Assembly (NCBI GenBank): GCA_045649325.1
Contig: JAZRPQ010000009.1
Location: forward strand, 12,779-76,778
Length of the DNA stretch: 64,000 nucleotides
Direction of reading: 5' to 3'
Source: Candidatus Nanosyncoccus sp.
GTDB lineage: Bacteria > Patescibacteriota > Saccharimonadia > Saccharimonadales > Saccharimonadaceae
The notes below the pieces were generated by a model. The model made no database searches, was not told where the DNA came from, and saw nothing but the letters and a program-made list of their open reading frames with translations. The translations under genes and the position numbers were made by a program. Positions 48,879-56,947 of this stretch are shown piece after piece. Numbering within the stretch: the stretch's first letter is position 1; the number at the start of each line of letters is the position of its first letter.

Positions 48879-50111
48879 ATGCGCGCGATCTGTTTATATT
48901 TGCATATCCACCAGCCTGTTCGCTACCGCGAGTACTCGATTTTTGATGTCGGCAATATCTCTAATTATTATCAAGATAATTATAACGGCCGCCAAAACAA
49001 CGAGCGCATTTTCAAAAAAGTTGCTTCAAAAAGTTACCATCCGATGCTAGATTTATTAGAAAAAAATCTAGGAAAACATCCCGATTTCAAGGTTTCTCTT
49101 TCCATCACTGGCACTTGGCTTGAGCAGGCTGAGGCCTGGGACAAAAGTTTGATCACTCAGCTTCGACGCATAATTAGAAGTGGTCAAGTCGAAATAGTCG
49201 GTGAGACCTATTATCATTCACTCAGTTTCTTTTATGATATGGATGAATTTGAAGTTCAGGTTAAGCTCCATGCCGACAAAATCAAAGATCTTTTTGGCGT
49301 TACTCCACGCGTTTTTCGTAATACCGAGCTTGCTTATAACGATAAGCTCGCGCATTGGGCGGAGTCGAAAGGTTATGCCGGCATTCTGGCGGAAGGTTGG
49401 GACAAAATCCTCGGTTCCCGCAGCCCAAATTACGTCTACAAACCTACTGGCTGCGAGAATTTGCGCTTACTTCTCAAGAATTACCGTTTGTCAGACGATA
49501 TCGCCTTTCGTTTTTCCGATCATGGCTGGAGTGATTGGCCACTCACGGTGCCAAAATACCAAAGTTGGTTAGACGAAGCCTGCCTTAACGGCAACCTGGT
49601 CAATCTTTTTATGGATTTTGAGACCTTCGGCGAGCATCAATGGGCAGACACCGGGATTTTTGAGTTCATGGAGCAATTTATCTCTGCTTGGCTAGGCGAA
49701 TACGACAACAAATTCCTCACCGTCTCCGAAGCTTGTGCTATGTCCGAGCCAGACGGCGAGATTTCTATGCCGAGTACCGTCACCTGGGCTGACACCGAAC
49801 GCGATCTTTCTGCGTGGCTGTCCAACGATATGCAAAAATCCGCCATGAAGGACCTCTATATCCTACATAGAAGAATCATGGAGACCAAGAATTCCAAATT
49901 AATCAATGATTGGCGTTATCTCACCACCTCCGACCATCCATATTCTATGTGTACTAAATATTGGAACGATGGCGACGTGCACGCTTATTTCTCGGCTTAC
50001 GCCTCACCGTACGAATCATACATGTATTTCATGAACGTACTGCGCGATATCGAATATCGCCTCCATCTGATTGAGTCCAAAAAGTCCTCCGACCCAAAAT
50101 ATAGGATATGA
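48879..50111 (+). CDS. Glycoside hydrolase family 57 (alpha-amylase/branching-enzyme-like)
   Basis: LYLHIHQPVR N-terminal motif, GQVEIVGETYYH, MDFETFGEH catalytic region. Starts 1 nt after the GT4 stop. Confidence 0.8.
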   Translation: MRAICLYLHIHQPVRYREYSIFDVGNISNYYQDNYNGRQNNERIFKKVASKSYHPMLDLLEKNLGKHPDFKVSLSITGTWLEQAEAWDKSLITQLRRIIRSGQVEIVGETYYHSLSFFYDMDEFEVQVKLHADKIKDLFGVTPRVFRNTELAYNDKLAHWAESKGYAGILAEGWDKILGSRSPNYVYKPTGCENLRLLLKNYRLSDDIAFRFSDHGWSDWPLTVPKYQSWLDEACLNGNLVNLFMDFETFGEHQWADTGIFEFMEQFISAWLGEYDNKFLTVSEACAMSEPDGEISMPSTVTWADTERDLSAWLSNDMQKSAMKDLYILHRRIMETKNSKLINDWRYLTTSDHPYSMCTKYWNDGDVHAYFSAYASPYESYMYFMNVLRDIEYRLHLIESKKSSDPKYRI

Positions 50112-50122
50112 TATATAAAAAA

Positions 50123-50231
50123 ACATTTCTAGAGATGCATAGCGAGGAAGGAGGAGCAGCAGAGCAAATCGTACTAATGGTACGATGAGCGAGCAGCGCA
50201 TCTCCTGACGAAGCTAGGCACTCTAGAAATG
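50123..50231. other. Long stem-loop element between convergent genes (complex terminator or small structured RNA)
   Basis: Perfect 11-bp basal stem CATTTCTAGAG / CTCTAGAAATG flanked by A7 and T6, enclosing ATGC/GCAT and ATCGTAC-taatg-GTACGAT sub-stems and GAGCAGC-rich arms. Confidence 0.4.
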
Positions 50232-50236
50232 ATTTT

Positions 50237-50446
50237 TTAACGCTTCTTCTCTTTAACTTCATTCCTACCGAGATTCTTCTTCGTCTCAGTAAAAACTACA
50301 TGCTTCCGGAGTACCGGATCGTACTTCTTGAGCGAAAGTTTATCTGGAGTATTCATGGTGTTTTTCTTGGTATAGTAAGCACGCACTCCTGATTCTTCCG
50401 ACACGAGTCCAACAAGTTTTCTCTTAGTATTATTCTTCTTTGCCAT
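50237..50446 (-). CDS. rpmG: 50S ribosomal protein L33 (Cys-less type, C-terminal K/E-rich tail)
   Basis: [22 protein letters not shown] core typical of L33. Confidence 0.85.
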   Translation of the reverse strand: MAKKNNTKRKLVGLVSEESGVRAYYTKKNTMNTPDKLSLKKYDPVLRKHVVFTETKKNLGRNEVKEKKR

Positions 50447-50514
50447 AATTATTCCTATTTTACCACAAAACTTTTAAATTTTCAAGAGTTAAGAGTAAAT
50501 ATCTTTAGTACTTG

Positions 50515-50535
50515 AAAAAGGGGGCAAAAGCCCCC
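50515..50535 (-). terminator. Intrinsic terminator after the small zinc-finger ORF
   Basis: Minus strand GGGGGC-tttt-GCCCCC followed by TTTTT. Confidence 0.75.
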
Positions 50536-50625
50536 ATTGATAAAATGTACTTATTAGGTTTGGAGATTAAAACGGGAAGGTACCTTTTTCTTATTTTCTT
50601 TCACAAGTTTATAGTTAACTGTTCC

Positions 50626-50757
50626 TTAATTGCTGCCGCAAGAAAGCCAATGAAGCTTCATATCGATTTCTGAAGTAAATGGTCTCCCACAGCGTGGGCA
50701 GCTCCAGGTCATACACCTAATTCTGCGCGGCCTGATTCTGCGATGGTTCATAGACAT
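50626..50757 (-). CDS. 43-aa zinc-finger (C2HC-spaced) small protein
   Basis: Below the ORF-track size cutoff. Manual translation: MSMNHRRIRPRRIRCMTWSCPRCGRPFTSEIDMKLHWLSCGSN. AAAGGAGGTGATCC (14-nt complement of the canonical bacterial 16S 3' end) ends 3 nt before the ATG (GGAGG core 9 nt upstream). Has its own terminator. Confidence 0.6.
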   Translation of the reverse strand: MSMNHRRIRPRRIRCMTWSCPRCGRPFTSEIDMKLHWLSCGSN

Positions 50758-50816
50758 TTAGGATCACCTCCTTTACTGTTGGCCCAAACCTTTTAAAGTA
50801 CTATTTGACTATTTTA

Positions 50817-53800
50817 TCAATATTCACTATTTTTTGCAAGCATGAGCTTTAAGAACTCCTTGATATCTTTCATTCCATACTCCCGCTTTGGCTTAATAAA
50901 TATCTCTGGATCATCTATAAACTTGAGAGTTGAGATCTGTCTATATACCGCCTTGAGTAAATTCATGAACTCTTTTTCGTCCTCCGGGGTGTACTCGTAA
51001 ACTTTGTCATAAACCTCGCCATCATTATCCGGTCGCACAAACAGAATATGAGCCCTTTCTACTTTATATTTGCCATACATAGGCGAGTTATTTAGAAGCA
51101 TTTTATAAAATTGTAATTGCAACATATATTTATATAGAGTCGGATGAGAAGAAAAACGGTCTTTGTGGTATTTTCCGGTCTTGAAATCATATATTTCGAT
51201 AGTTTTATTTTTTCCGTCAATTGTAATATGGTCGATTTTCCCAGTTATTGGCACTCCGTCTACCACCAAATGCTCAAATCCAAAATCTACTTCGGCCTTA
51301 CCGTTCCGAATAATAGAAGAAAAAGCCGACAAAGAGGTCAAAAGTTCCGCTGGCCCTTTTTCGCGGATTTTTTCTTTCAAATTGATTGGAAGATCTCTTT
51401 TTTCTAGCTCATTAAGATAAAAATTCACCGCCGCCTCATCTGAAATTCCACTCTCGGTTACCTCCTCAAAGGTCGCGTGAATCAAATTTCCCATGGCAAG
51501 GATTTCGTCTTCTGGCTCCGGTTCAGCTCTCAAGATAGTTCTCTTAAAAAACTCTACTGGCCCCGCGTTCACAATGTCTATAAAAGAAGTTAGCCCCGAG
51601 GCAGAAATCCGATAATTTTTAACCCGTTCTTTATAAATCTCGCGCATGTCCGGAGTACTAGTAATAAATGGCGTAAGATAATCTTTCAATCTCTGCACCG
51701 CCCGTTTATCAGAAGTGGTAGGCTTATCTTTATAAGAAGTCAAGACCTCCTTTAGAGGCAAAAACGGCGACATCACCTTTTCTGCTCCGGCTTCGGTTTT
51801 TTCTAGTCTTTCATCGAAATATTCAAGTCTATCTGGTGCTTTACCGTTAAAATCTGCCACTGAGTTTGTGATATATAAAGTATGCTTGGCTCGGGTCAAT
51901 GCTACATATAAAAGCCGAATTTGCTCGCCCTCGGTAGTGCCAGTGTGCCGAATCTGTTTCAGATTGTCTGGTAAGGCCAAGAAATTATTATTGCCCTTAC
52001 CTTTACCCCAAGCCGTATGGTCTGCAGATATAATAAATACATACGAAAATTCCAGCCCCTTAGCCTTGTGTGCTGATAGTACCTGCACCGCCTCGTCTGC
52101 GTCTCGATAAGGGGAGGTTGTAATAAGTGGCATCTCGGCCGCCGCATAATCATCAGCCATTTCAACTAGATCCGTCATTCTTAGAGGTTTCTCTCCGGCA
52201 TACTTAATCAATTTTGCTCGAAGCGAAGCCAGATTTTCATAAAATCTAAACATCTCAAATGGCTCTAGTACTTCCACCCCCATTTTTTCCGTAATCTGAT
52301 TGAAGACGATTTCTAGTGGGGTATCCATGGCTTCAGCCGAAAGCTCAGACAAAAATTCCATTGTTTCATGCAGATTTTCGCTAGTCTCTTTGTCTAGCAA
52401 ATATTCAAACACCGGTCTGTGCGCGTCTCTAGCCTCCGCCACCAGTTTAATCACCTCAATAGTCGAGGTATTTAGCCAACTGTACGTTAAAATCTCCAAC
52501 ATTGATACCGTCGGCTTTTCGCCTTTTGCTACTTGCACCGCTAGTCTCACCACATTCAAAATTTCATGGATTTTTGCGTCCTCGAACAAGTTGTCGCGCC
52601 TCTCATAGGCTATTTTGATCTCTGGATGCTCCTTTAGATATGGCAAAAGTGGCTGGAAATATTTGTGTTTGCTAGAAATAATCGCGATATCCGACTGCGG
52701 CACTCCACTTTGGATTAGCTCAGAGATTTTGTCCGCTACATATTCGTATTCCTGATCAGAAGACAAAAATTCCATCCTAAAAATCTGCGTAGAAGTAGGG
52801 TCTTCGAGGTGAGCAGACAAAATTTTTTCATTCACAAATCGGTCTGGTGCTTGATTGATAATTTGCCGACTAAAGTCCAAAATCTCTTGCGTGCTACGGT
52901 AATTCTCTGTCAAAGTCACCACATGTGCCCCGTAGTATTCTTGAAAATCCGACAAATTTGAAGCCGAAGCCCCCTGAAACTCATAAATCGCCTGATCATC
53001 GTCACCCACCGCCATCACCATTGGCTTTTCATAGTCAGTTAGCTCCTTGATGATTGATAGTTGCACCGGGTTGGTATCCTGGAACTCATCCAGCATGATA
53101 TATTGATATTTTTCTTGCATTGTCTGCTTGAATGCGGTGTCAGAGGAAAGCGCTCTCACTGCCTCGATAATCATATCGTCAAAATCATAAAGTCCCTCTT
53201 TTTCTAGATATTCTTGGTATTTTTTCATTACTACCGCAAGAGAAGCCAGTTTCATGTTCGAAACTCTATCTGCCAATCTGTAACCGCCCTTGCCATCTTT
53301 CTCAAAATAACTATCTTTCCAATGCGAAAGCGGAGTAATCTTCTCGCTCGCTTCCGCTTCCAATATCGCCTGCTTCAAATCTCTTGCCATCCCCGCAATT
53401 GAACGCTCGATCCTCCCCGTAATAGGCGGCAAATTTTCGTATTTTTTCAGAATATTATAAATAGGTAGATACGCATTTTCATAAGACGCCTTAAAAACTC
53501 GCGGTACGATGTTCAGAAGTAGTGGCGAAATCGCTTGAGACAAAACCTTGGAATCTTCGATATTCTGCGCTGCGATTTTTTCTAGGTCAGAAGAAGAAAG
53601 CCCCGCCGACTTAACCGAAGAAATCGTACTAATAATATCTTTTATCTTGTCTCCGTACAAGATATCTCGCGCCGGCAATTTGTCACGAATGTTTTTGATA
53701 ATCTTAAACTGTGCCACCTCGTCAATGGCATTATCGAGTACCCTAGTATAATCTGGTGAAAAATTTTTGTATCTAGAAAGAATATCTTGCCCAAAAGCAT

Positions 53801-54050
53801 GATAGGTGCCAATACTTATCTTGAGGGCGTCTTTTCCGATCAAAGATTTCAACCTTTCGCGCATATTATGCGCACCAGACTCAGTAAAGGTCAAACAGAG
53901 AATATTCTCCGGCGCGGTATCGGTATTTTTTAGGATATAGACTACCTTCTCAGAAAGCAGCTGAGTCTTACCCGTACCTGGACCCGCTAACACCAAAAGT
54001 GGCCCATCAAGATATTCTACCGCCTCTTTTTGCTTTTGATTTAGCCCCAT
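50817..54050 (-). CDS. UvrD/PcrA-type SF1 helicase fused to a C-terminal PD-(D/E)XK (RecB/Cas4-like) nuclease domain
   Basis: LLVLAGPGTGKT Walker A, MLDEFQDTN, ENYRST, VLSAHKAKGLEF, LYVALTRAK. C-terminal GKIDHITIDG...IEIYDFKTGKY nuclease motif. Confidence 0.85.
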   Translation of the reverse strand: MGLNQKQKEAVEYLDGPLLVLAGPGTGKTQLLSEKVVYILKNTDTAPENILCLTFTESGAHNMRERLKSLIGKDALKISIGTYHAFGQDILSRYKNFSPDYTRVLDNAIDEVAQFKIIKNIRDKLPARDILYGDKIKDIISTISSVKSAGLSSSDLEKIAAQNIEDSKVLSQAISPLLLNIVPRVFKASYENAYLPIYNILKKYENLPPITGRIERSIAGMARDLKQAILEAEASEKITPLSHWKDSYFEKDGKGGYRLADRVSNMKLASLAVVMKKYQEYLEKEGLYDFDDMIIEAVRALSSDTAFKQTMQEKYQYIMLDEFQDTNPVQLSIIKELTDYEKPMVMAVGDDDQAIYEFQGASASNLSDFQEYYGAHVVTLTENYRSTQEILDFSRQIINQAPDRFVNEKILSAHLEDPTSTQIFRMEFLSSDQEYEYVADKISELIQSGVPQSDIAIISSKHKYFQPLLPYLKEHPEIKIAYERRDNLFEDAKIHEILNVVRLAVQVAKGEKPTVSMLEILTYSWLNTSTIEVIKLVAEARDAHRPVFEYLLDKETSENLHETMEFLSELSAEAMDTPLEIVFNQITEKMGVEVLEPFEMFRFYENLASLRAKLIKYAGEKPLRMTDLVEMADDYAAAEMPLITTSPYRDADEAVQVLSAHKAKGLEFSYVFIISADHTAWGKGKGNNNFLALPDNLKQIRHTGTTEGEQIRLLYVALTRAKHTLYITNSVADFNGKAPDRLEYFDERLEKTEAGAEKVMSPFLPLKEVLTSYKDKPTTSDKRAVQRLKDYLTPFITSTPDMREIYKERVKNYRISASGLTSFIDIVNAGPVEFFKRTILRAEPEPEDEILAMGNLIHATFEEVTESGISDEAAVNFYLNELEKRDLPINLKEKIREKGPAELLTSLSAFSSIIRNGKAEVDFGFEHLVVDGVPITGKIDHITIDGKNKTIEIYDFKTGKYHKDRFSSHPTLYKYMLQLQFYKMLLNNSPMYGKYKVERAHILFVRPDNDGEVYDKVYEYTPEDEKEFMNLLKAVYRQISTLKFIDDPEIFIKPKREYGMKDIKEFLKLMLAKNSEY

Positions 54051-54823
54051 AAAGTATCACTGACTTTAATTAGCTCTTTCATCTTTACTGCCGTATCTGG
54101 TACAATGATTTCCCCACGTTTGACTTTAGAAAGCGCCGTCAGCCCCTCTACGGTTTTTTCTGGCTGAGCTGATGGGTTGTCTTTTAGAATTTGCCCAAAC
54201 TCATAGTTTCTCGACGGATAGTCACAGGTAAGCCTGAGATCCCCTACTCCACAGGCATGATCTACCGTCGAAGGCTTTGCTCCGTTGACGGATAGAAGCG
54301 CCTTCATTTCTTCCGCCGCCTCTGTTAAATATTGTTCGTGGGCCTTAGAGCCAGGCTTCAAGTCTAGATATCCAGCGTAGAGCGCATAGATATTTTTGAG
54401 CGCCCCGCACATCAGCACCCCCTTGGCGTCGGTCGTCATATCAAAAGTAAGAAAATCCGTCGTAAAAAGCTCTACCACTCGTGGATCCGTAGCCGTAAGG
54501 TGTGTCTCCTTGCCTGCCTTGATATCCACCGCAAAACCCGGGCCAGATAGCACCATATAATCTTTGAAATCTTTAAAATAATGGTCATCTAAAAAGCCCT
54601 TTGTCGCTACGATCATAGGGATATTCTTTGGCAAATACGGTAGTAAATGCGGTGCAGCCTTAGACGGAACCGCTAGAACTATATATTTAACCTTAGAAAG
54701 TACGTCTTTCAAACTCTCACGCTCTAGTTTTGAATCGTAGTAATCTATATCAAAAGCCTTTGAGGCTAAAATTTCTCCGAGGGCCGTACCAAACGCCCCT
54801 GCGCCTAAAATTGCTATTTTCAT
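54041..54823 (-). CDS. gpsA: NAD(P)H-dependent glycerol-3-phosphate dehydrogenase (short, 260 aa)
   Basis: MKIAILGAGAFGTALG Rossmann motif, GALKNIYALYAG motif. Confidence 0.72.
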   Translation of the reverse strand: MKIAILGAGAFGTALGEILASKAFDIDYYDSKLERESLKDVLSKVKYIVLAVPSKAAPHLLPYLPKNIPMIVATKGFLDDHYFKDFKDYMVLSGPGFAVDIKAGKETHLTATDPRVVELFTTDFLTFDMTTDAKGVLMCGALKNIYALYAGYLDLKPGSKAHEQYLTEAAEEMKALLSVNGAKPSTVDHACGVGDLRLTCDYPSRNYEFGQILKDNPSAQPEKTVEGLTALSKVKRGEIIVPDTAVKMKELIKVSDTLWG

Positions 54824-54837
54824 GATATAATTATAGC
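54824..54837. promoter_or_regulatory. 14-bp divergent intergenic region with overlapping extended -10 boxes
   Basis: CATGaTATAATTATAgCATG: TGaTATAAT on the plus strand and TGcTATAAT on the minus strand, each 6 nt from its ATG. Confidence 0.6.
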
Positions 54838-55233
54838 ATGACTGAACAAAATTGGGTGTATTCTGACATCGTAAAAGATCATTTTTTGAATCCTCGCAAT
54901 TTCCTCATGGGTGACGAGTCAAAATTCAAATACGACGCCTGCGGGATAGTCGGCAACCCTATCTGTGGCGACCAAATGAAAATGTACCTAAAAATAGACA
55001 AAAAAACCGACAAAATCACCGACATCAGATGGAAAACTTACGGTTGCGCCTCTGCTATTGCTTCTACCTCAGCTCTTTCTGAAATGGCCAAAGGCAAAAC
55101 TCTCGACGAAGCCTTAAAAATTACCGCTAAAGACATCGATAATTATCTTGGCACTCTCCCAAAGCACAAATTCCATTGTTCAATCTTGGGCCACGATGCC
55201 CTAAAGGACGCCATCGAAAAATACCGAAGCTAA
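54838..55233 (+). CDS. nifU: Fe-S cluster scaffold (IscU/NifU N-terminal domain)
   Basis: NPICGDQM, YGCASAIASTS, HCS cysteine motifs. Confidence 0.9.
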   Translation: MTEQNWVYSDIVKDHFLNPRNFLMGDESKFKYDACGIVGNPICGDQMKMYLKIDKKTDKITDIRWKTYGCASAIASTSALSEMAKGKTLDEALKITAKDIDNYLGTLPKHKFHCSILGHDALKDAIEKYRS

Positions 55234-56282
55234 GCACCTACGGTACTGATTTTTTGCAACCTATCAATAATTCCAGGTAGTACTTCCATCACTTTTTCTA
55301 CGTCATCCATGGTATTATCAGGCCCAAAAGAAAATCGAATCGACGAGTGAGCGACTTCAGCATCGCCCGTCTTTGCCATCAAAACGTGCGACGGCTTAAT
55401 ATCACCCGCTGCACAAGCCGATCCAGTTGAGACTACAATTCCTTCCGCATCTAAATATAGCTGAATCGACTCCCCCTCTGCTGCTTTAAAAGAAGCATTC
55501 AAAACATTTGGTAAACTTTTGTCTCTTTCTATATCTGTATTAAGAGAGCTCCCCGGGATTTCTCTTAAAATCCGTTCCGCCAAAGTATCTCTAAGTTCTC
55601 GGACTTTTGTATCGTAAATTTTGAAAATACCTCTATCTTTTGCTAAAGAAAGCGCCTTTTTAAATCCCGCAATACCGACCGTATTGTAAGTCCCACCCCG
55701 ACGTTTATGCTCTTGCAACCCGCCAATAAGGAGTGGCTTGAACGGCGCTCCGTCTCGCACGTACAAAGCTCCTACGCCCACCGGCCCACCGATTTTGTGC
55801 GCCGAAAAAGTCGCATAGTCAAGCCCTAATTCTTTTACGTCAATCGGGATTTTTCCTAAAACCTGGGTCAAATCAGAATGCAAAAAACCATCTTTTGCGT
55901 CAGGCAATTTCAAAAATTCTCCCGTTTCGTTATTTGCAAGCATATATGAATATAACTTCGGCTTTTTAGGGCCACCATATATCTTCGCTGCCTCCAAAAT
56001 CGAATGATGTTCGAGTGGTGAAGTTTCGATTTGGTGTCCCTCAAAAGTCCTGATTATAGTATTGTTTGACTCTGTTGCAGAAGAAGTAAAAATAATTTCA
56101 GAGGGGTTTGCCCCCACCATTTTAGCTAGAGCCTCACGGCACTCCTCAATTACGTTGTGCGCAAGATGTCCAGGCGTATGTAAAGCCGAAGCATTAGCAA
56201 AAAACTGCGTTTCTGCTTCGTGCATAGCTTCTCTCACTTCTGGAAGAAGCGGCATTGTAGCTGCATAATCTAGATACACCAT
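55230..56282 (-). CDS. nifS: Cysteine desulfurase (NifS/IscS type)
   Basis: YLDYAATMP, SATESNN, FSAHKIGGPVG PLP-lysine, SSGSAC-like STGSACAAG active Cys loop. Start set at ATG 56282 (MVYLDY). Confidence 0.85.
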   Translation of the reverse strand: MVYLDYAATMPLLPEVREAMHEAETQFFANASALHTPGHLAHNVIEECREALAKMVGANPSEIIFTSSATESNNTIIRTFEGHQIETSPLEHHSILEAAKIYGGPKKPKLYSYMLANNETGEFLKLPDAKDGFLHSDLTQVLGKIPIDVKELGLDYATFSAHKIGGPVGVGALYVRDGAPFKPLLIGGLQEHKRRGGTYNTVGIAGFKKALSLAKDRGIFKIYDTKVRELRDTLAERILREIPGSSLNTDIERDKSLPNVLNASFKAAEGESIQLYLDAEGIVVSTGSACAAGDIKPSHVLMAKTGDAEVAHSSIRFSFGPDNTMDDVEKVMEVLPGIIDRLQKISTVGA

Positions 56283-56346
56283 CTTAAACTTATTATAACA
56301 CAAAAAGCCCCCGATAAGGGGGCTAGTTGTTTCAAGTAGTCAAAAC

Positions 56347-56934
56347 TTAGATAGCGACAATAGTATATTCTACGCCACCAGAATAGGTATCAGATACTTG
56401 GGTAGAAGAAATCGAGACTTCATAATCGGTCCTAAATTTACCAGTCACGATACTAGATGCAGAACCCGAGTAGGTAATAATAGGGGTAGCCGAAGCTGGT
56501 ACAGTATGATAACTGCCATATCCACTAGCAATCGAAGCGGTTCCACCAGAAATATCATTAGAAGCACTCGACACCTTAAAGGCCCAGTAAGAGCTACTAC
56601 CAGTAGTATTGGTAGCGATATCATGACCAGCGGTAGTCCCAGCTAGCACTGTGCTTGGGTTCCCAGCTGCCTTTACGTAAAAACCATCCGGATCATTGCA
56701 AGATACAGAAACCTCCTTAGCCGAATCAGCTACCGAAATCGTATCATAAGTACCACCAGCAACCGCAGAAAATGTCCAGCTATAGCCGGAGCTTCCAAAT
56801 GCACAAGAATCGACCACAGATACTGTCGCATCTGCTGACTCTGCCGAGACTCTGCTAGCTGCAAGCATTACGCCACTAAGAGCTGTAACCAAAGTTAATG
56901 ATAAAGCTGGTAGATATATAATTTTATTTTTCAT
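56347..56934 (-). CDS. Secreted beta-rich surface protein (WxL-domain-like, tentative)
   Basis: Signal peptide (AASRVSA-ES), S/T/G-rich, aromatic-x-aliphatic motifs (SWTF, YWAF, terminal YSGGVEYTIVAI) resembling WxL-type domains. Confidence 0.4.
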   Translation of the reverse strand: MKNKIIYLPALSLTLVTALSGVMLAASRVSAESADATVSVVDSCAFGSSGYSWTFSAVAGGTYDTISVADSAKEVSVSCNDPDGFYVKAAGNPSTVLAGTTAGHDIATNTTGSSSYWAFKVSSASNDISGGTASIASGYGSYHTVPASATPIITYSGSASSIVTGKFRTDYEVSISSTQVSDTYSGGVEYTIVAI

Positions 56935-56947
56935 AGTTTTGACCTGA

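Noticed and set aside
50112-50236. Possible SRP (4.5S) RNA, suggested by the GGAAGGAGGAGCAGC tract.
   Set aside because: I could not form the conserved helix 8 (GNRA tetraloop closed by the GGUCC/GGAAGCAGCC-type symmetric and asymmetric loops) on either strand. It is kept only as an unclassified structured element.
50757-50775. GGATCACCTCCTTT on the plus strand, as a possible 3' end of a 16S rRNA gene.
   Set aside because: The upstream sequence has none of the conserved 16S 3'-domain sequence (for example the GTAACAAGGTA...CTGCGG context). On the minus strand it is well placed as a Shine-Dalgarno site for a small ORF.
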